64,000 bases of DNA from positions 124,001 to 188,000 of IMG/VR virus record IMGVR_UViG_3300033997_000136, one strand, 5' to 3'. This document shows, one piece after another, positions 26,133-35,504 of this stretch (position 1 is the stretch's first letter; each line of letters opens with the position of its first letter). A program made the position numbers and the translations under genes. The notes below the pieces were generated by a model, which did not search any database, had not been told where the DNA came from, and was given only the letters and a program-made list of their open reading frames with translations.

Positions 26133-27719
26133 ATGTCTGAACCCATTGCTTCATTATTAGTTCTTTACACAGATGGTTCATGTCAACCAAGTTCTCGTGG
26201 TTACGCTGGAAGTGGTATTCATGGCTACATGTGTTTTGACCCGTTTAAATACCCCCCTAAACAAGGCGCTGGTGCAAAACAAATCCCCACTATGGATGGT
26301 TACATTCCTAATCAAGAAAAATTGATTGTGGACAATGCTATCACGTTAAATGTGGAATCATTCATTGATATTCCATCAACGTGGGAACAATTCAAACGTA
26401 CTGTTGAGATTGATTACTACATCGATTGGTGGCAAGCCATAGAAGGTGAGAGTACATCCAACGTAGGTGAATTAAAAGCTGCACTTAAAGCGCTAACGAT
26501 TGTTATTGAGAAGAAGCCACTTCGCGCTCGTATTCTCATGGACAGTGATTACACGTTAAAAGGTTTGAACGACTATGTTCAAACATGGAAGTCTCGTGGT
26601 TGGAAGAAAAGTGATGGTCAACCACCAGAGAACGTTGAATGGTGGATGTTGTTGGATGAAACCTTTGCAAAAGCAAAAGAAGTTTGTCCTGATACACAAC
26701 TTATCAAAGTGACAGGTCATAGTGGTGAATTAGGTAACCACATGGCAGACATTGCTGCCAACCGTGCAAGTATTCGTTCTCGTCTAGGTCGCTATGAAGA
26801 GATGTACTTTGAAGTTCCAGGAAAAGGATATTGGAGTTATAAAAGTGAACACAATCGTTTGCTGAGTAAAGCTCATCTGTACTTTAACTGTGATACTACA
26901 AAAGACACTGTGTTTAATCAAATCGATACATCAGTGGGTGTTCGTTATGTTTACTTCACTGGTGACGAAGGTAGTGAAGATACGTTGTTTGGTAAGCGTA
27001 TGAGTAACACCTCATTCAGTGTTCTTTTATTGGAACAACCTGAAGATATTGTGGCGACGGTGTACGATAAACAAAAGGCGGTTATCGAACAAGGCTCTGC
27101 TCCATTTGTATTCGTAAAACTATCTGCATTGGTGAATCCTCGTCATGCACATGAAATACGTGAACACAATGGTGATTACTTGTATGTGAGAATAGGGGAT
27201 GAAGAGTTATGTCTGCACACACCAGATAAAACAAAAATCACCACGGTTCCATTAAAACCGCACATCACCTATGCAGGTGCTTCTGAGTTATTGGATATAC
27301 AATCTGTTTTGTTGGAATCATTACCTTTCTTTACTCAGGAGAAGTCAAATACGTATCTTCGTGAAAATAATCTTATAGCCACAGAAATTACGGATATGTT
27401 GTATGAGCCGTTGGAAAAGAAAGGCGAAGTGGTTGGGGTAAAACTCAAAAAAGAGTTTACGGTAAGTTCTAAACTTATCAATACACCCGTGTACTACACA
27501 ACTGGACGTGAGGTAAAGTCAGTCAAACATAAATTCTTGTTTGATTTAGATTTACCAAACCGTAACATGTTAGCTGCATTGGTTGCTTTAAATTGTCGTG
27601 TCCTTTTGGTGACATGGATGGAATCTGATTGTAGTTTCCGTTACGCAACTGTGTTGCAGCATAACAACGATTATGGAATATGGTGCTCTGCTTACTCAAA
27701 CTTACGGTTTGTTAAGTAA
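26133..27719 (+). CDS. rnhA: Ribonuclease HI with C-terminal extension (phiKZ gp155-like)
   Basis: LYTDGSC, SNVGELKA, DSDY, WK..GWKK.DG, KVTGHSG..GN..AD motifs. Confidence 0.9.
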   Translation: MSEPIASLLVLYTDGSCQPSSRGYAGSGIHGYMCFDPFKYPPKQGAGAKQIPTMDGYIPNQEKLIVDNAITLNVESFIDIPSTWEQFKRTVEIDYYIDWWQAIEGESTSNVGELKAALKALTIVIEKKPLRARILMDSDYTLKGLNDYVQTWKSRGWKKSDGQPPENVEWWMLLDETFAKAKEVCPDTQLIKVTGHSGELGNHMADIAANRASIRSRLGRYEEMYFEVPGKGYWSYKSEHNRLLSKAHLYFNCDTTKDTVFNQIDTSVGVRYVYFTGDEGSEDTLFGKRMSNTSFSVLLLEQPEDIVATVYDKQKAVIEQGSAPFVFVKLSALVNPRHAHEIREHNGDYLYVRIGDEELCLHTPDKTKITTVPLKPHITYAGASELLDIQSVLLESLPFFTQEKSNTYLRENNLIATEITDMLYEPLEKKGEVVGVKLKKEFTVSSKLINTPVYYTTGREVKSVKHKFLFDLDLPNRNMLAALVALNCRVLLVTWMESDCSFRYATVLQHNNDYGIWCSAYSNLRFVK

Positions 27720-27759
27720 GTACAGCGGTGGTGTTGAACAATTAACAAAAGGTGTTCTT

Positions 27760-28245
27760 ATGAACATACTTCACGGCACACTGTTAATCTTCGTTATTGG
27801 TTTAGCAGTGCTTATGTTTTATCATCTTCTTCTGCGACCGCAGAATAACGAACAGATGACGAAACCTTCATGGTTAGTTCAGTTTGGAATTCTGTTGTTA
27901 GGATGTTTTGCTAATGAACGCATGAAGCGTATGATAGTCACAGCATCCTTCACGTCTAAAGTGTCGTCTAAATCACATGCATTGGATGACACGATTATTC
28001 AGAAGCTTGAAGAGGTGACACAGAAGTTGCACGTGCAAAGTCATGTTGATGGTGCATTGTATTTTCCAGCAGTGTATTGTGACATGGTGTGGGGTGGTCT
28101 TAATCAGGACGATTTACAGCAGCAAAGTGTAGACGTCGATGTAGTTGTACGACAAATCCCCAAAGCGTTACGCTACGGTACGCTTGAGCAGATGAAGATG
28201 GATATCATGGATATCTTAAGTATCACTCGCCCTGCATTAGCTTAA
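27760..28245 (+). CDS. Hypothetical membrane protein
   Basis: ATG after AAAGGTG; N-terminal hydrophobic helix. Confidence 0.55.
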   Translation: MNILHGTLLIFVIGLAVLMFYHLLLRPQNNEQMTKPSWLVQFGILLLGCFANERMKRMIVTASFTSKVSSKSHALDDTIIQKLEEVTQKLHVQSHVDGALYFPAVYCDMVWGGLNQDDLQQQSVDVDVVVRQIPKALRYGTLEQMKMDIMDILSITRPALA

Positions 28246-28253
28246 TGATAGAA

Positions 28254-28289
28254 GAAGACAAGAAGGTGGCAGTGCCACCTTCTTGTCTT
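28254..28289. terminator. Bidirectional terminator hairpin
   Basis: AAGACAAGAAGGTGGCA-G-TGCCACCTTCTTGTCTT between convergent genes. Confidence 0.8.
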
Positions 28290-28297
28290 TATTTATG

Positions 28298-29242
28298 TCA
28301 GCTTTGGTATTGTTTAGCTACCGCTGAAGCATCATCAATCGATGCACCAATGGCTTCTAAGTTAAATGAGAAGATTGAGTAAAATTCAATCAACTGGGCT
28401 AAGTTAAATAAGAAATCACCCATGGTCTTTGCAGTCACACCGGATGGTTTGTAAACATCAGGTTCTTCTTCAAGACGTTGCGCAAGTAAAGTTAGCAGTG
28501 GAATGATTGCATCTAACTTCTTCTGAACTACATCCCGTGGGATGGCATTCATTTGAAGAATAAGTTCGTTGTACAGTTTGTACACTTCAACCCAATCAGA
28601 ACTTCTGTCAATAATCTCACCGTAAGGTCTACGTTCAGCATTGTCACGACTAAAATCGCTTGCAAAGGCAGTTTTGAGTTTACTCACATCAATCGTTTTA
28701 AAACCACCTAAACGTTTATCTTGGTGTAAACTACTTAACGACTCAGGTGCATGAAGTAGTGTACTTAAGAAACGTTCTAGCGGTATCAGAATCTGTTCTA
28801 AAATAGGTTGCAGTGCTTGTTGAAACATCGCTTGATGGCGAAGATGTTCTATTAACGTTGTTTTCAAACCACGAGGCACAATGACTAACTTGTCCATTGC
28901 AGCAACATGCTTTGCTTTACCTAAATAGCTTTCAAAACGACGCTGATGTAAAAACACATCCTTTGTTTCAAAGAATGAAGTAAAGAAAGATTTTGCTGAA
29001 AACAACGCTTTAGATAGCGTGTTGCTAATTCTTGCTTTTGCCATCTCAGCAAACGCCAGAGTTTGTTGCCATGCAGTTTCTGCTTGCATAGTCATCTGTG
29101 TTGGGTCTTCTTGACGCACTTTATTTGCATCATCAATTAATTCGCAGTCTAAATTAACATCATTTAGACACGAAACTAATTCCTGTAGTGGTTCAGTCAA
29201 TGGACTGTTTAACTCATCTGGCATTAACGCTGGGTATGTCAT
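28298..29242 (-). CDS. Virion head protein (phiKZ gp153-like)
   Basis: Divergent from UvsX as in phiKZ; VIVPRGLK motif; acidic N-terminal propeptide-like segment. Confidence 0.6.
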   Translation of the reverse strand: MTYPALMPDELNSPLTEPLQELVSCLNDVNLDCELIDDANKVRQEDPTQMTMQAETAWQQTLAFAEMAKARISNTLSKALFSAKSFFTSFFETKDVFLHQRRFESYLGKAKHVAAMDKLVIVPRGLKTTLIEHLRHQAMFQQALQPILEQILIPLERFLSTLLHAPESLSSLHQDKRLGGFKTIDVSKLKTAFASDFSRDNAERRPYGEIIDRSSDWVEVYKLYNELILQMNAIPRDVVQKKLDAIIPLLTLLAQRLEEEPDVYKPSGVTAKTMGDFLFNLAQLIEFYSIFSFNLEAIGASIDDASAVAKQYQS

Positions 29243-29355
29243 AAATTATTCCTTAAAGAGAAGATGGCTGCATCGCTATAAAATTAGACAGTCTTACTCC
29301 ATTATTTAGAACTCTACAGAATATTTTTTAGTTGTACAACACAAAAGGATTCGCT

Positions 29356-30846
29356 ATGTCAATTTTTGCTTTTACACCAGCACCTTACATTCGTCCACGC
29401 GGTGTTATTGGTGGCGGGTTAGATATTCCATTTGGTCGCTATTACAAAGGTAAGTATGGTGACAACATTTTAAGTGGTGGTTATACTAACTTCTTAGGTG
29501 CAGGTGGTCGTGGTAATACGTTTAAAACGTTATTGCTGTTAACTATTGCCATTATTGAAATGTCGCAAAACGAAGAATACACTCTGGTGATTTATGACAC
29601 TGAAATCACTATGGACTGGAATCGTCTTCGTGATATCTGTACACAACTTGGTGTGGATTACGACAAGATGTTGGATGCAGGTCGTATCATTATTACAACG
29701 ACTGCGGAACACATGGGGAACGAATGGTTTGAATTAGTGAAAGAGGAAGGTAACTCTCGCGCTAAGGATAAATCACTTCTTCGTGAAACTCCTTTCTTAA
29801 ACCGCGATGGTAAACCAATCAAGGTTGTTGTTAAACGCACTCACTTCTTAGACTCTATGTCTGAGTTTACCACTGAACACATTCAGGATATCTACAAGAA
29901 GAATGAAATCGATGATGGTGGTGCAACTACAGATAACATGCGTGAAGGGGGTGTTAAAACACGGATGATTCGTTTGTTCCCAGCAATTACTGCAAAGAGC
30001 AATATGAGTATTCTGTGTACAGCTCACGTCGGTGATGAAATTAAAGTGGATACGTATGCTGCATTTAAACAGCAACTTATGCATTTGAAGAAAGGCTTAA
30101 AGTTTAAGAACTGTCCTGAGAAGTTTACGTTCTTAACATCAATCATGTTAGTGATTGGTAAAGCTGACCTTCTTCAACACGATGATAAAACGCAGAAGTA
30201 TCCAGCCAAAGGGTTTACGAAATCAGACGGTGATACGGACTTACAAGAATTAGATGTTGTTGTTGTTCGTAGTAAGCATGGTCCATCAGGTCACAACTAT
30301 TCATTGATTGTATCACAAGCAGAAGGTTTCTTACCTGAGCTTTCTAACTACCACAACCTGATTCAGAACAAAGCCTTTGGTTTAGTAGGTCCTGAAGGTC
30401 AACGGCGTAGCTGGCGTTGTGCGCTCTATCCTGATGTACTGATTCACCGTACTGAAGCACGTTGGAAAGTTAAAGAAGATAAGAAGTTAGCATGTGCATT
30501 AGAACTGACTTACAACTTATCTCAAATGTACGATTACTGGGTGAACTATCCGCGTGAAGAAATCGTTGAACCAACTGAACTGTACACTCGTTTAAAAGAA
30601 ATGGGGTACGATTGGGAACTGTTATTACAAACACGTAACTGGTGGACGTATGACGATTATAAACATCCTATTCCGCGATTGACTGCACTGGATTTAATCG
30701 ACATGTACTTTGGGCGTTATGTTCCTTACTGGTGGCCTAAAGATAAACCAATTGATTTGACAAAAGCGGTAAAAAGTCCGCTAACTGGTATTGAGGGTGT
30801 AGTGTATGGTGCTGCAGACGAAGACGAAAAAGACGGCCACGAATAA
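29356..30846 (+). CDS. uvsX: UvsX/RecA-like recombinase (phiKZ gp152-like)
   Basis: Walker A GGRGNTFKT, YDTE, Walker B HFLDSMSE, CTAHVG, VVRSKHGPSG. Confidence 0.85.
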   Translation: MSIFAFTPAPYIRPRGVIGGGLDIPFGRYYKGKYGDNILSGGYTNFLGAGGRGNTFKTLLLLTIAIIEMSQNEEYTLVIYDTEITMDWNRLRDICTQLGVDYDKMLDAGRIIITTTAEHMGNEWFELVKEEGNSRAKDKSLLRETPFLNRDGKPIKVVVKRTHFLDSMSEFTTEHIQDIYKKNEIDDGGATTDNMREGGVKTRMIRLFPAITAKSNMSILCTAHVGDEIKVDTYAAFKQQLMHLKKGLKFKNCPEKFTFLTSIMLVIGKADLLQHDDKTQKYPAKGFTKSDGDTDLQELDVVVVRSKHGPSGHNYSLIVSQAEGFLPELSNYHNLIQNKAFGLVGPEGQRRSWRCALYPDVLIHRTEARWKVKEDKKLACALELTYNLSQMYDYWVNYPREEIVEPTELYTRLKEMGYDWELLLQTRNWWTYDDYKHPIPRLTALDLIDMYFGRYVPYWWPKDKPIDLTKAVKSPLTGIEGVVYGAADEDEKDGHE

Positions 30847-31138
30847 GGACGTCTCCCTTGTGGAAGAGGTGATGGGTTTATTAAAACAATACGACCCATC
30901 GTTAGCGCAATCGTTTTACACCTTGTATCAAGGGTTTGACGATGTAGTAGACGCCAATCGTTTTTGGCGTCGTCAACTTAGTTTATTAACTACGTTTGAT
31001 GGTGTTGATACATCAAGTCAACGACGGATGCTGTATGATGGTATCAGTTTAGACATGTGGTTAGATAACTTTCAAAAATACACGCTGGCTTTTGTTGTTC
31101 AACACAAACTGCCTCGTTTTAGCTACGAATCACTATAG
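30806..31138 (+). CDS. Hypothetical protein
   Basis: 110-aa ORF between UvsX and the vRNAP subunit gene. Confidence 0.6.
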   Translation: MVLQTKTKKTATNKDVSLVEEVMGLLKQYDPSLAQSFYTLYQGFDDVVDANRFWRRQLSLLTTFDGVDTSSQRRMLYDGISLDMWLDNFQKYTLAFVVQHKLPRFSYESL

Positions 31139-31157
31139 TAGATAAAGGAGAGTGTAG

Positions 31158-31838
31158 ATGAAGCCACGTGAGAAAGCAACGAAGGAGGCCGTGCGCCTCC
31201 TTTCCATGTTTGCAGGGTATACAGATGGAGTAAAAGAAGTAGAAGCAATGTTAAATGCATTGTCTGATAAAGACTTTGATTTATACATGCACCAACTTCG
31301 TGATGGGAGTGAGATACTACCCTATATCCATCCAAACCTATCAGAGGTGAAGTTAAGTACAACACGCAATCTAGAAATTGCAGATGAACTTGGTCACAAC
31401 TTCTACGAACGTATTTGGATTGAAGACCCAGATACAGGTGATAAAAACTTAACGGATGTTGAAGCACTTATTGTTGATTTACCATTTAGACGCCAACAAC
31501 AGCATTTAAGTAAGAAGATAGGTATTCCATCATCCAATAGAAGTATTGATGAAACGACAGGTCAAGTGACTGGTGCGTCAAAGGGTTCTCGTTTATCTTA
31601 CCCAGAGATGCAGATTGGTCTGTACTCACAAGGGTTAGAGTATTCTACTCTTGAGCTATTTACGATTCGTGGTGGGAATATGAAAGCAAATGCGGCACTT
31701 GAAGCAAATGCAACAAAGAACGTATTCCCTAGTATTCGCGAATCCTACGACAACAACACTGAAGTTGTATCAAATAGAACGTTAAGTAGCTATCTGACAG
31801 CAGCGATGTTTGATCACAACCTTCTACAAAAAGGGTAA
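31158..31838 (+). CDS. Virion RNA polymerase, beta C-terminal subunit (phiKZ gp149-like)
   Basis: LPFRRQQQHLSKK..DETTGQVTG.SKGSRLSYPEMQ..ELFTIRGGN is homologous to the RpoB C-terminus. Confidence 0.85.
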   Translation: MKPREKATKEAVRLLSMFAGYTDGVKEVEAMLNALSDKDFDLYMHQLRDGSEILPYIHPNLSEVKLSTTRNLEIADELGHNFYERIWIEDPDTGDKNLTDVEALIVDLPFRRQQQHLSKKIGIPSSNRSIDETTGQVTGASKGSRLSYPEMQIGLYSQGLEYSTLELFTIRGGNMKANAALEANATKNVFPSIRESYDNNTEVVSNRTLSSYLTAAMFDHNLLQKG

Positions 31839-31842
31839 CTTT

Positions 31843-32436
31843 ATGTCTGTACAATTAACCACACTCACCTACCCACAACCTGTGGCAGTAGCGTTGGCTT
31901 TGTTAGAACAAGCCACTTTATCACATGTTCAATTTAATGGTGCAGACATTGTTTTTGGTGTAGATAAAGAAATACTAACATCATTGTCTGAAATTGTGAC
32001 AGACAGTGGTTTAGTGTATATCACCACAATAGAAGAAGTAAAGGAGTTATGGGAATCTATTGTTGAAGAAAACGTTATCGTAGATTGGTTAAACCACGCA
32101 GTTTCTCGTTGGTTCCTAATTTCGTTTGAGCGTCGCACTGCGGAGTATGAGTCGTGGTTAAGTACATTACTTCATGCGACGTGCATTCACACTGAATCAT
32201 CAATGACCAAACCCACGTTCTGCGCGCGTTCTCCTGATGATTTAGGAAATCTGTTTGTTAAGAGTGAGTTAAAAGAAATACTTGAAGCCAATCCGTGGTT
32301 CGTGTTTCTACTGACACTTAGCTTTGCTGAAACTGATATCATCAATATTAGTTTTAAATACGCAATGGCGCTTCAAACAGCACCTGCGATAAACCGTGCA
32401 CCTGATGAAACAAAAGGTGATGGAGGTACATCGTGA
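31843..32436 (+). CDS. Hypothetical protein (conserved position in phiKZ-like phages)
   Basis: ATG follows the vRNAP gene; ORF track and synteny. Confidence 0.6.
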   Translation: MSVQLTTLTYPQPVAVALALLEQATLSHVQFNGADIVFGVDKEILTSLSEIVTDSGLVYITTIEEVKELWESIVEENVIVDWLNHAVSRWFLISFERRTAEYESWLSTLLHATCIHTESSMTKPTFCARSPDDLGNLFVKSELKEILEANPWFVFLLTLSFAETDIINISFKYAMALQTAPAINRAPDETKGDGGTS

Positions 32437-33167
32437 TTGTAAACGCAAAAGAGATACTGGTGGATTTAGATGCTATCTTAGATACTCGAATGGGTACGCT
32501 ATTGTGTATGCACCCAGGTATCATCGGTCCAGCAATCGCGTGTAACTATCATAGTCGCTTAACTGACGTGTGGAAAGAAATAGGATTGCCTGTTAATCAA
32601 CACGAGTACAAACGTCGTTATGCTGAACGTGATGCAGACGTCTTAGAGAAATCTATCGTCACACCTATCATTGATGCGATTAGTAAAATTGCAAATGCGA
32701 TTATTATTCAACTTGGTAAAACTCCTTTTTACGAAGGGATTGAACTTAAGGTGAATGTGTGGCCTTATCAGATTCATGAAAGTGCACATGCTGGTCTTAT
32801 TCGAAGTATTGCTCATCATGTTCCAATTGATTTAAAGGTATCGCTGGTAAACATTCCGTTATCTGACCTTACACCACTGCTCATTAAGTCAAAATACATC
32901 GCTGTATGTATGTACGGGTTTGACGAATGGTTACAGTGTCATGGTAAGTCGTTAGAGACAGTTGAGTTACCAGATGTTGAATTCTTAGTTCCTGCGATTT
33001 ATTACACAGGACGAGTGGCAACTGAGGCGGATTTAAAAGAGACAGCAACAAACTTTCGTTTAGAAAAAGCAACACACAACGTTCACTTTGGTGCAACTGA
33101 ACTTCAGTTTGTTTCTAAGATTAAATTGATTATGGTTGATGTACTTAACTTTTCATTTGTGGTATAA
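32433..33167 (+). CDS. Hypothetical protein with HAD-like DxD motif
   Basis: ILVDLDAILDT at the N-terminus; GTG start overlapping the upstream stop. Confidence 0.6.
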   Translation: MIVNAKEILVDLDAILDTRMGTLLCMHPGIIGPAIACNYHSRLTDVWKEIGLPVNQHEYKRRYAERDADVLEKSIVTPIIDAISKIANAIIIQLGKTPFYEGIELKVNVWPYQIHESAHAGLIRSIAHHVPIDLKVSLVNIPLSDLTPLLIKSKYIAVCMYGFDEWLQCHGKSLETVELPDVEFLVPAIYYTGRVATEADLKETATNFRLEKATHNVHFGATELQFVSKIKLIMVDVLNFSFVV

Positions 33168-33168
33168 A

Positions 33169-33199
33169 GAAGAGAAGGTGGCATCGCCACCTTCTCTTC
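33169..33199. terminator. Bidirectional terminator hairpin
   Basis: GAAGAGAAGGTGGC-ATC-GCCACCTTCTCTTC between convergent genes. Confidence 0.8.
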
Positions 33200-33716
33200 A
33201 TTCTTTGCCTTTTACACGCTTTACAAAGTCTGCAGATGATTCTTGAATCACTTCAGATGACACTGTAGCTGGGTCTATCTCGATTAACTCAATTTCATCA
33301 TCAGGGGCTACATGCCGATACTCACCTGGGATAATGTCTTTCACATAACCAGGACCACGAGGTTGTGCTTGGTTCAACTGTGCTACGATTTCTAACACTT
33401 GTTGATTGACAGCATTTGCACCTTCGTCTACCTTCAGACGTTTATTTGCTTGAGCTTGAGAAGACATATCGTTTAACGCTTGTAAGAACGCAAGGCGGTC
33501 TGTGTTTTTCTCAGGCATCTTCCCTTCGGCGGTCATCGACTTCACTAACATTAACCGCTGTGTTTGTGCAAACGCAAGCACTGAATCATCTGTAATTTCA
33601 TCTTCTTCAACGACAGGTAATTCTTTAGGAGGATTTGCACTGAAGCGGTCTTTTGGTAAATCATCGACGTGTTCGGGGAATTCTGCTGTGTGTACTTTTT
33701 TATTTGTATAGCTCAT
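33198..33716 (-). CDS. Hypothetical protein
   Basis: Start refined to ATG 33716 after AGGAG; acidic N-terminus; LQALNDMSSQA.A.KRLK motif. Confidence 0.6.
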   Translation of the reverse strand: MSYTNKKVHTAEFPEHVDDLPKDRFSANPPKELPVVEEDEITDDSVLAFAQTQRLMLVKSMTAEGKMPEKNTDRLAFLQALNDMSSQAQANKRLKVDEGANAVNQQVLEIVAQLNQAQPRGPGYVKDIIPGEYRHVAPDDEIELIEIDPATVSSEVIQESSADFVKRVKGKE

Positions 33717-33735
33717 TTTATGCTTCTCCTCAAAG

Positions 33736-33767
33736 AAATTTGAAACATACATTATAAAGTTGATTAT
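33736..33767 (+). promoter_or_regulatory. Putative early promoter
   Basis: AAATTTGAAACATACATTATAAAGTTGATTAT aligns with 20860-20891. Confidence 0.45.
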
Positions 33768-33795
33768 CATAAATATAATTCAAAAGGAAGCCCAC

Positions 33796-34356
33796 ATGTT
33801 TTCTTTTCTCAAGCGCAAACAACGTGTGAAACGTTATAGCGACTTTGTTGAATCATTGCGATTGTTAAAAACAAATAAAGTTCGTGAGCTTTATTACTTC
33901 ACTATTCTTGAGCAAACGGTTGCGTATTGCAACGATATTCCAACTATCGATGCTCAAGAAATGCGAAGTATTCGACGGTATCGGATTAAGTCATGTTTTG
34001 AGAATTTAGATTCTCTTACACAGACGTGTGTACTTACAGATAGCTTAATCCAGACGCGCGCATTTGGACATGATGCATTTGGTCAGTTTAATCAAAAGCC
34101 AGATGTTTATCCATTGTTTGAATGGTCTTTACAATACGCTGACTTCGTTAACTTAGATGTTGCGTATACTGTATTGACTGCACGTTTAAAGCGACTGCTT
34201 TCGCTACACACAGCGATGTCACATGATAGTAGTGATTTTCATGTGTCATTAGTTTGTTCGTTACCGTTGATGCGTGAGTTGTTGTCGATTATGCATCAAG
34301 TTTTATCCATTCACTTCGGAGTAGATTATGCTACCGGTTACGGAGAACTTGCTTGA
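33796..34356 (+). CDS. Hypothetical protein
   Basis: ATG after AAGGA; helical, no recognised family. Confidence 0.6.
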   Translation: MFSFLKRKQRVKRYSDFVESLRLLKTNKVRELYYFTILEQTVAYCNDIPTIDAQEMRSIRRYRIKSCFENLDSLTQTCVLTDSLIQTRAFGHDAFGQFNQKPDVYPLFEWSLQYADFVNLDVAYTVLTARLKRLLSLHTAMSHDSSDFHVSLVCSLPLMRELLSIMHQVLSIHFGVDYATGYGELA

Positions 34357-35023
34357 ATTACTTGAACTGGATGACAAAGGCTTATCACTAACGGAAGATG
34401 GTTTATCGTATTTATTTCGAATGATGTTGCGTGACTTATGTGTAAGTGCCGATGTATGGTCTACACTAATGGAAGCGTATCTAGATGACCCGCGTGCAGG
34501 TGTGGGTGCTAGTAAAACAGACAGGTCAAGTAAACGAAACGGATTAAACCGTGCTTTAGGAAAAACAGTTATCTCATGGAAAAAGTTTAAAAACGGTATT
34601 CGGATTCTTGGAATGCGAAGCTGTGAGTTTGAACTTAGTATTTCTAAATGGGATGATAAAATAGATGTTCCAAAGCAACCTCCAAAAGTGACGATTGATA
34701 GTCGCATTAGTCAAGATGATTTAAAAGCACTCATACAACGTTTAGAGGGTATGATGCGTATCACGCCTCAGACTCTATTACGTTTGATAGAAGAGTTTAT
34801 AAACCACCCCATTAGTCGCACCACCGATAACCCTGCGGATAAATCTACACGTCGTGGAAATATCAACAAAGGTTATAATGGTGAATCGTATAGTTGGCGA
34901 ACATTCAATGAGTTACTTGCTATATTTTCTATACGAGAATATACATTGACTGCGCTGGTTGTGTGGAAGAATGGTAAACAATCAAAACACAAAATGACTG
35001 TTGATGTCGCAAAAGCTTTCTAA
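34328..35023 (+). CDS. Hypothetical protein with two tandem homologous domains
   Basis: ..RSS.RNGLNRAL..ISWKKF..GIRIL and ..KST.RGNINKGY..YSWRTF.ELLAIF repeat units. Confidence 0.65.
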   Translation: MLPVTENLLELLELDDKGLSLTEDGLSYLFRMMLRDLCVSADVWSTLMEAYLDDPRAGVGASKTDRSSKRNGLNRALGKTVISWKKFKNGIRILGMRSCEFELSISKWDDKIDVPKQPPKVTIDSRISQDDLKALIQRLEGMMRITPQTLLRLIEEFINHPISRTTDNPADKSTRRGNINKGYNGESYSWRTFNELLAIFSIREYTLTALVVWKNGKQSKHKMTVDVAKAF

Positions 35024-35033
35024 CGAGGTTAGT

Positions 35034-35447
35034 ATGTCGCAATCCCCCATTGTAGTAAGTTTTCATTCGCCGTGTCCAATTGGTAAAAAATTAGACATTG
35101 GTTACGCTCGACCATTTACACATAATGGTCATGTGTTTCACTCAATCATTGGTTACTGCGTCTTTTTAAAGACAGGTGTAGCTGCGTATAAATCACACAC
35201 AGGACCAGTTCCTATTCGTGAAGCGGCTCAGTTGAATTACAATGCAACTGTAGGTGTCAATGATTTAGATGATGTGATTAAATCATCTATTCAAACAGAT
35301 GCTGACTTAGTTGCTGATTTAATTGAAAACAAACAGCGCTCAATTGAATACAAAGTATTGTTAGCAAATGGTACTGAAATCGAAACTGCGGAACAACCGT
35401 ATGGTTGGTACATTGACGCACTTCGACGTGTGATTCAAACGCTATAA
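35034..35447 (+). CDS. Hypothetical protein, possibly a degenerate NADAR-like fold
   Basis: ATG after GAGG; IGKKL..YARPFTHNGHVFHSIIGY..FLKTG. Confidence 0.45.
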   Translation: MSQSPIVVSFHSPCPIGKKLDIGYARPFTHNGHVFHSIIGYCVFLKTGVAAYKSHTGPVPIREAAQLNYNATVGVNDLDDVIKSSIQTDADLVADLIENKQRSIEYKVLLANGTEIETAEQPYGWYIDALRRVIQTL

Positions 35448-35449
35448 CG

Positions 35450-35490
35450 AGGTGGGGGTCAAACCCCACCTGTTCTATTTTATTTTTTGT
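35450..35490 (+). terminator. Intrinsic terminator
   Basis: AGGTGGGG-GTCAAA-CCCCACCT followed by a T-rich tract. Confidence 0.7.
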
Positions 35491-35504
35491 TAGGATACTG
35501 GACA

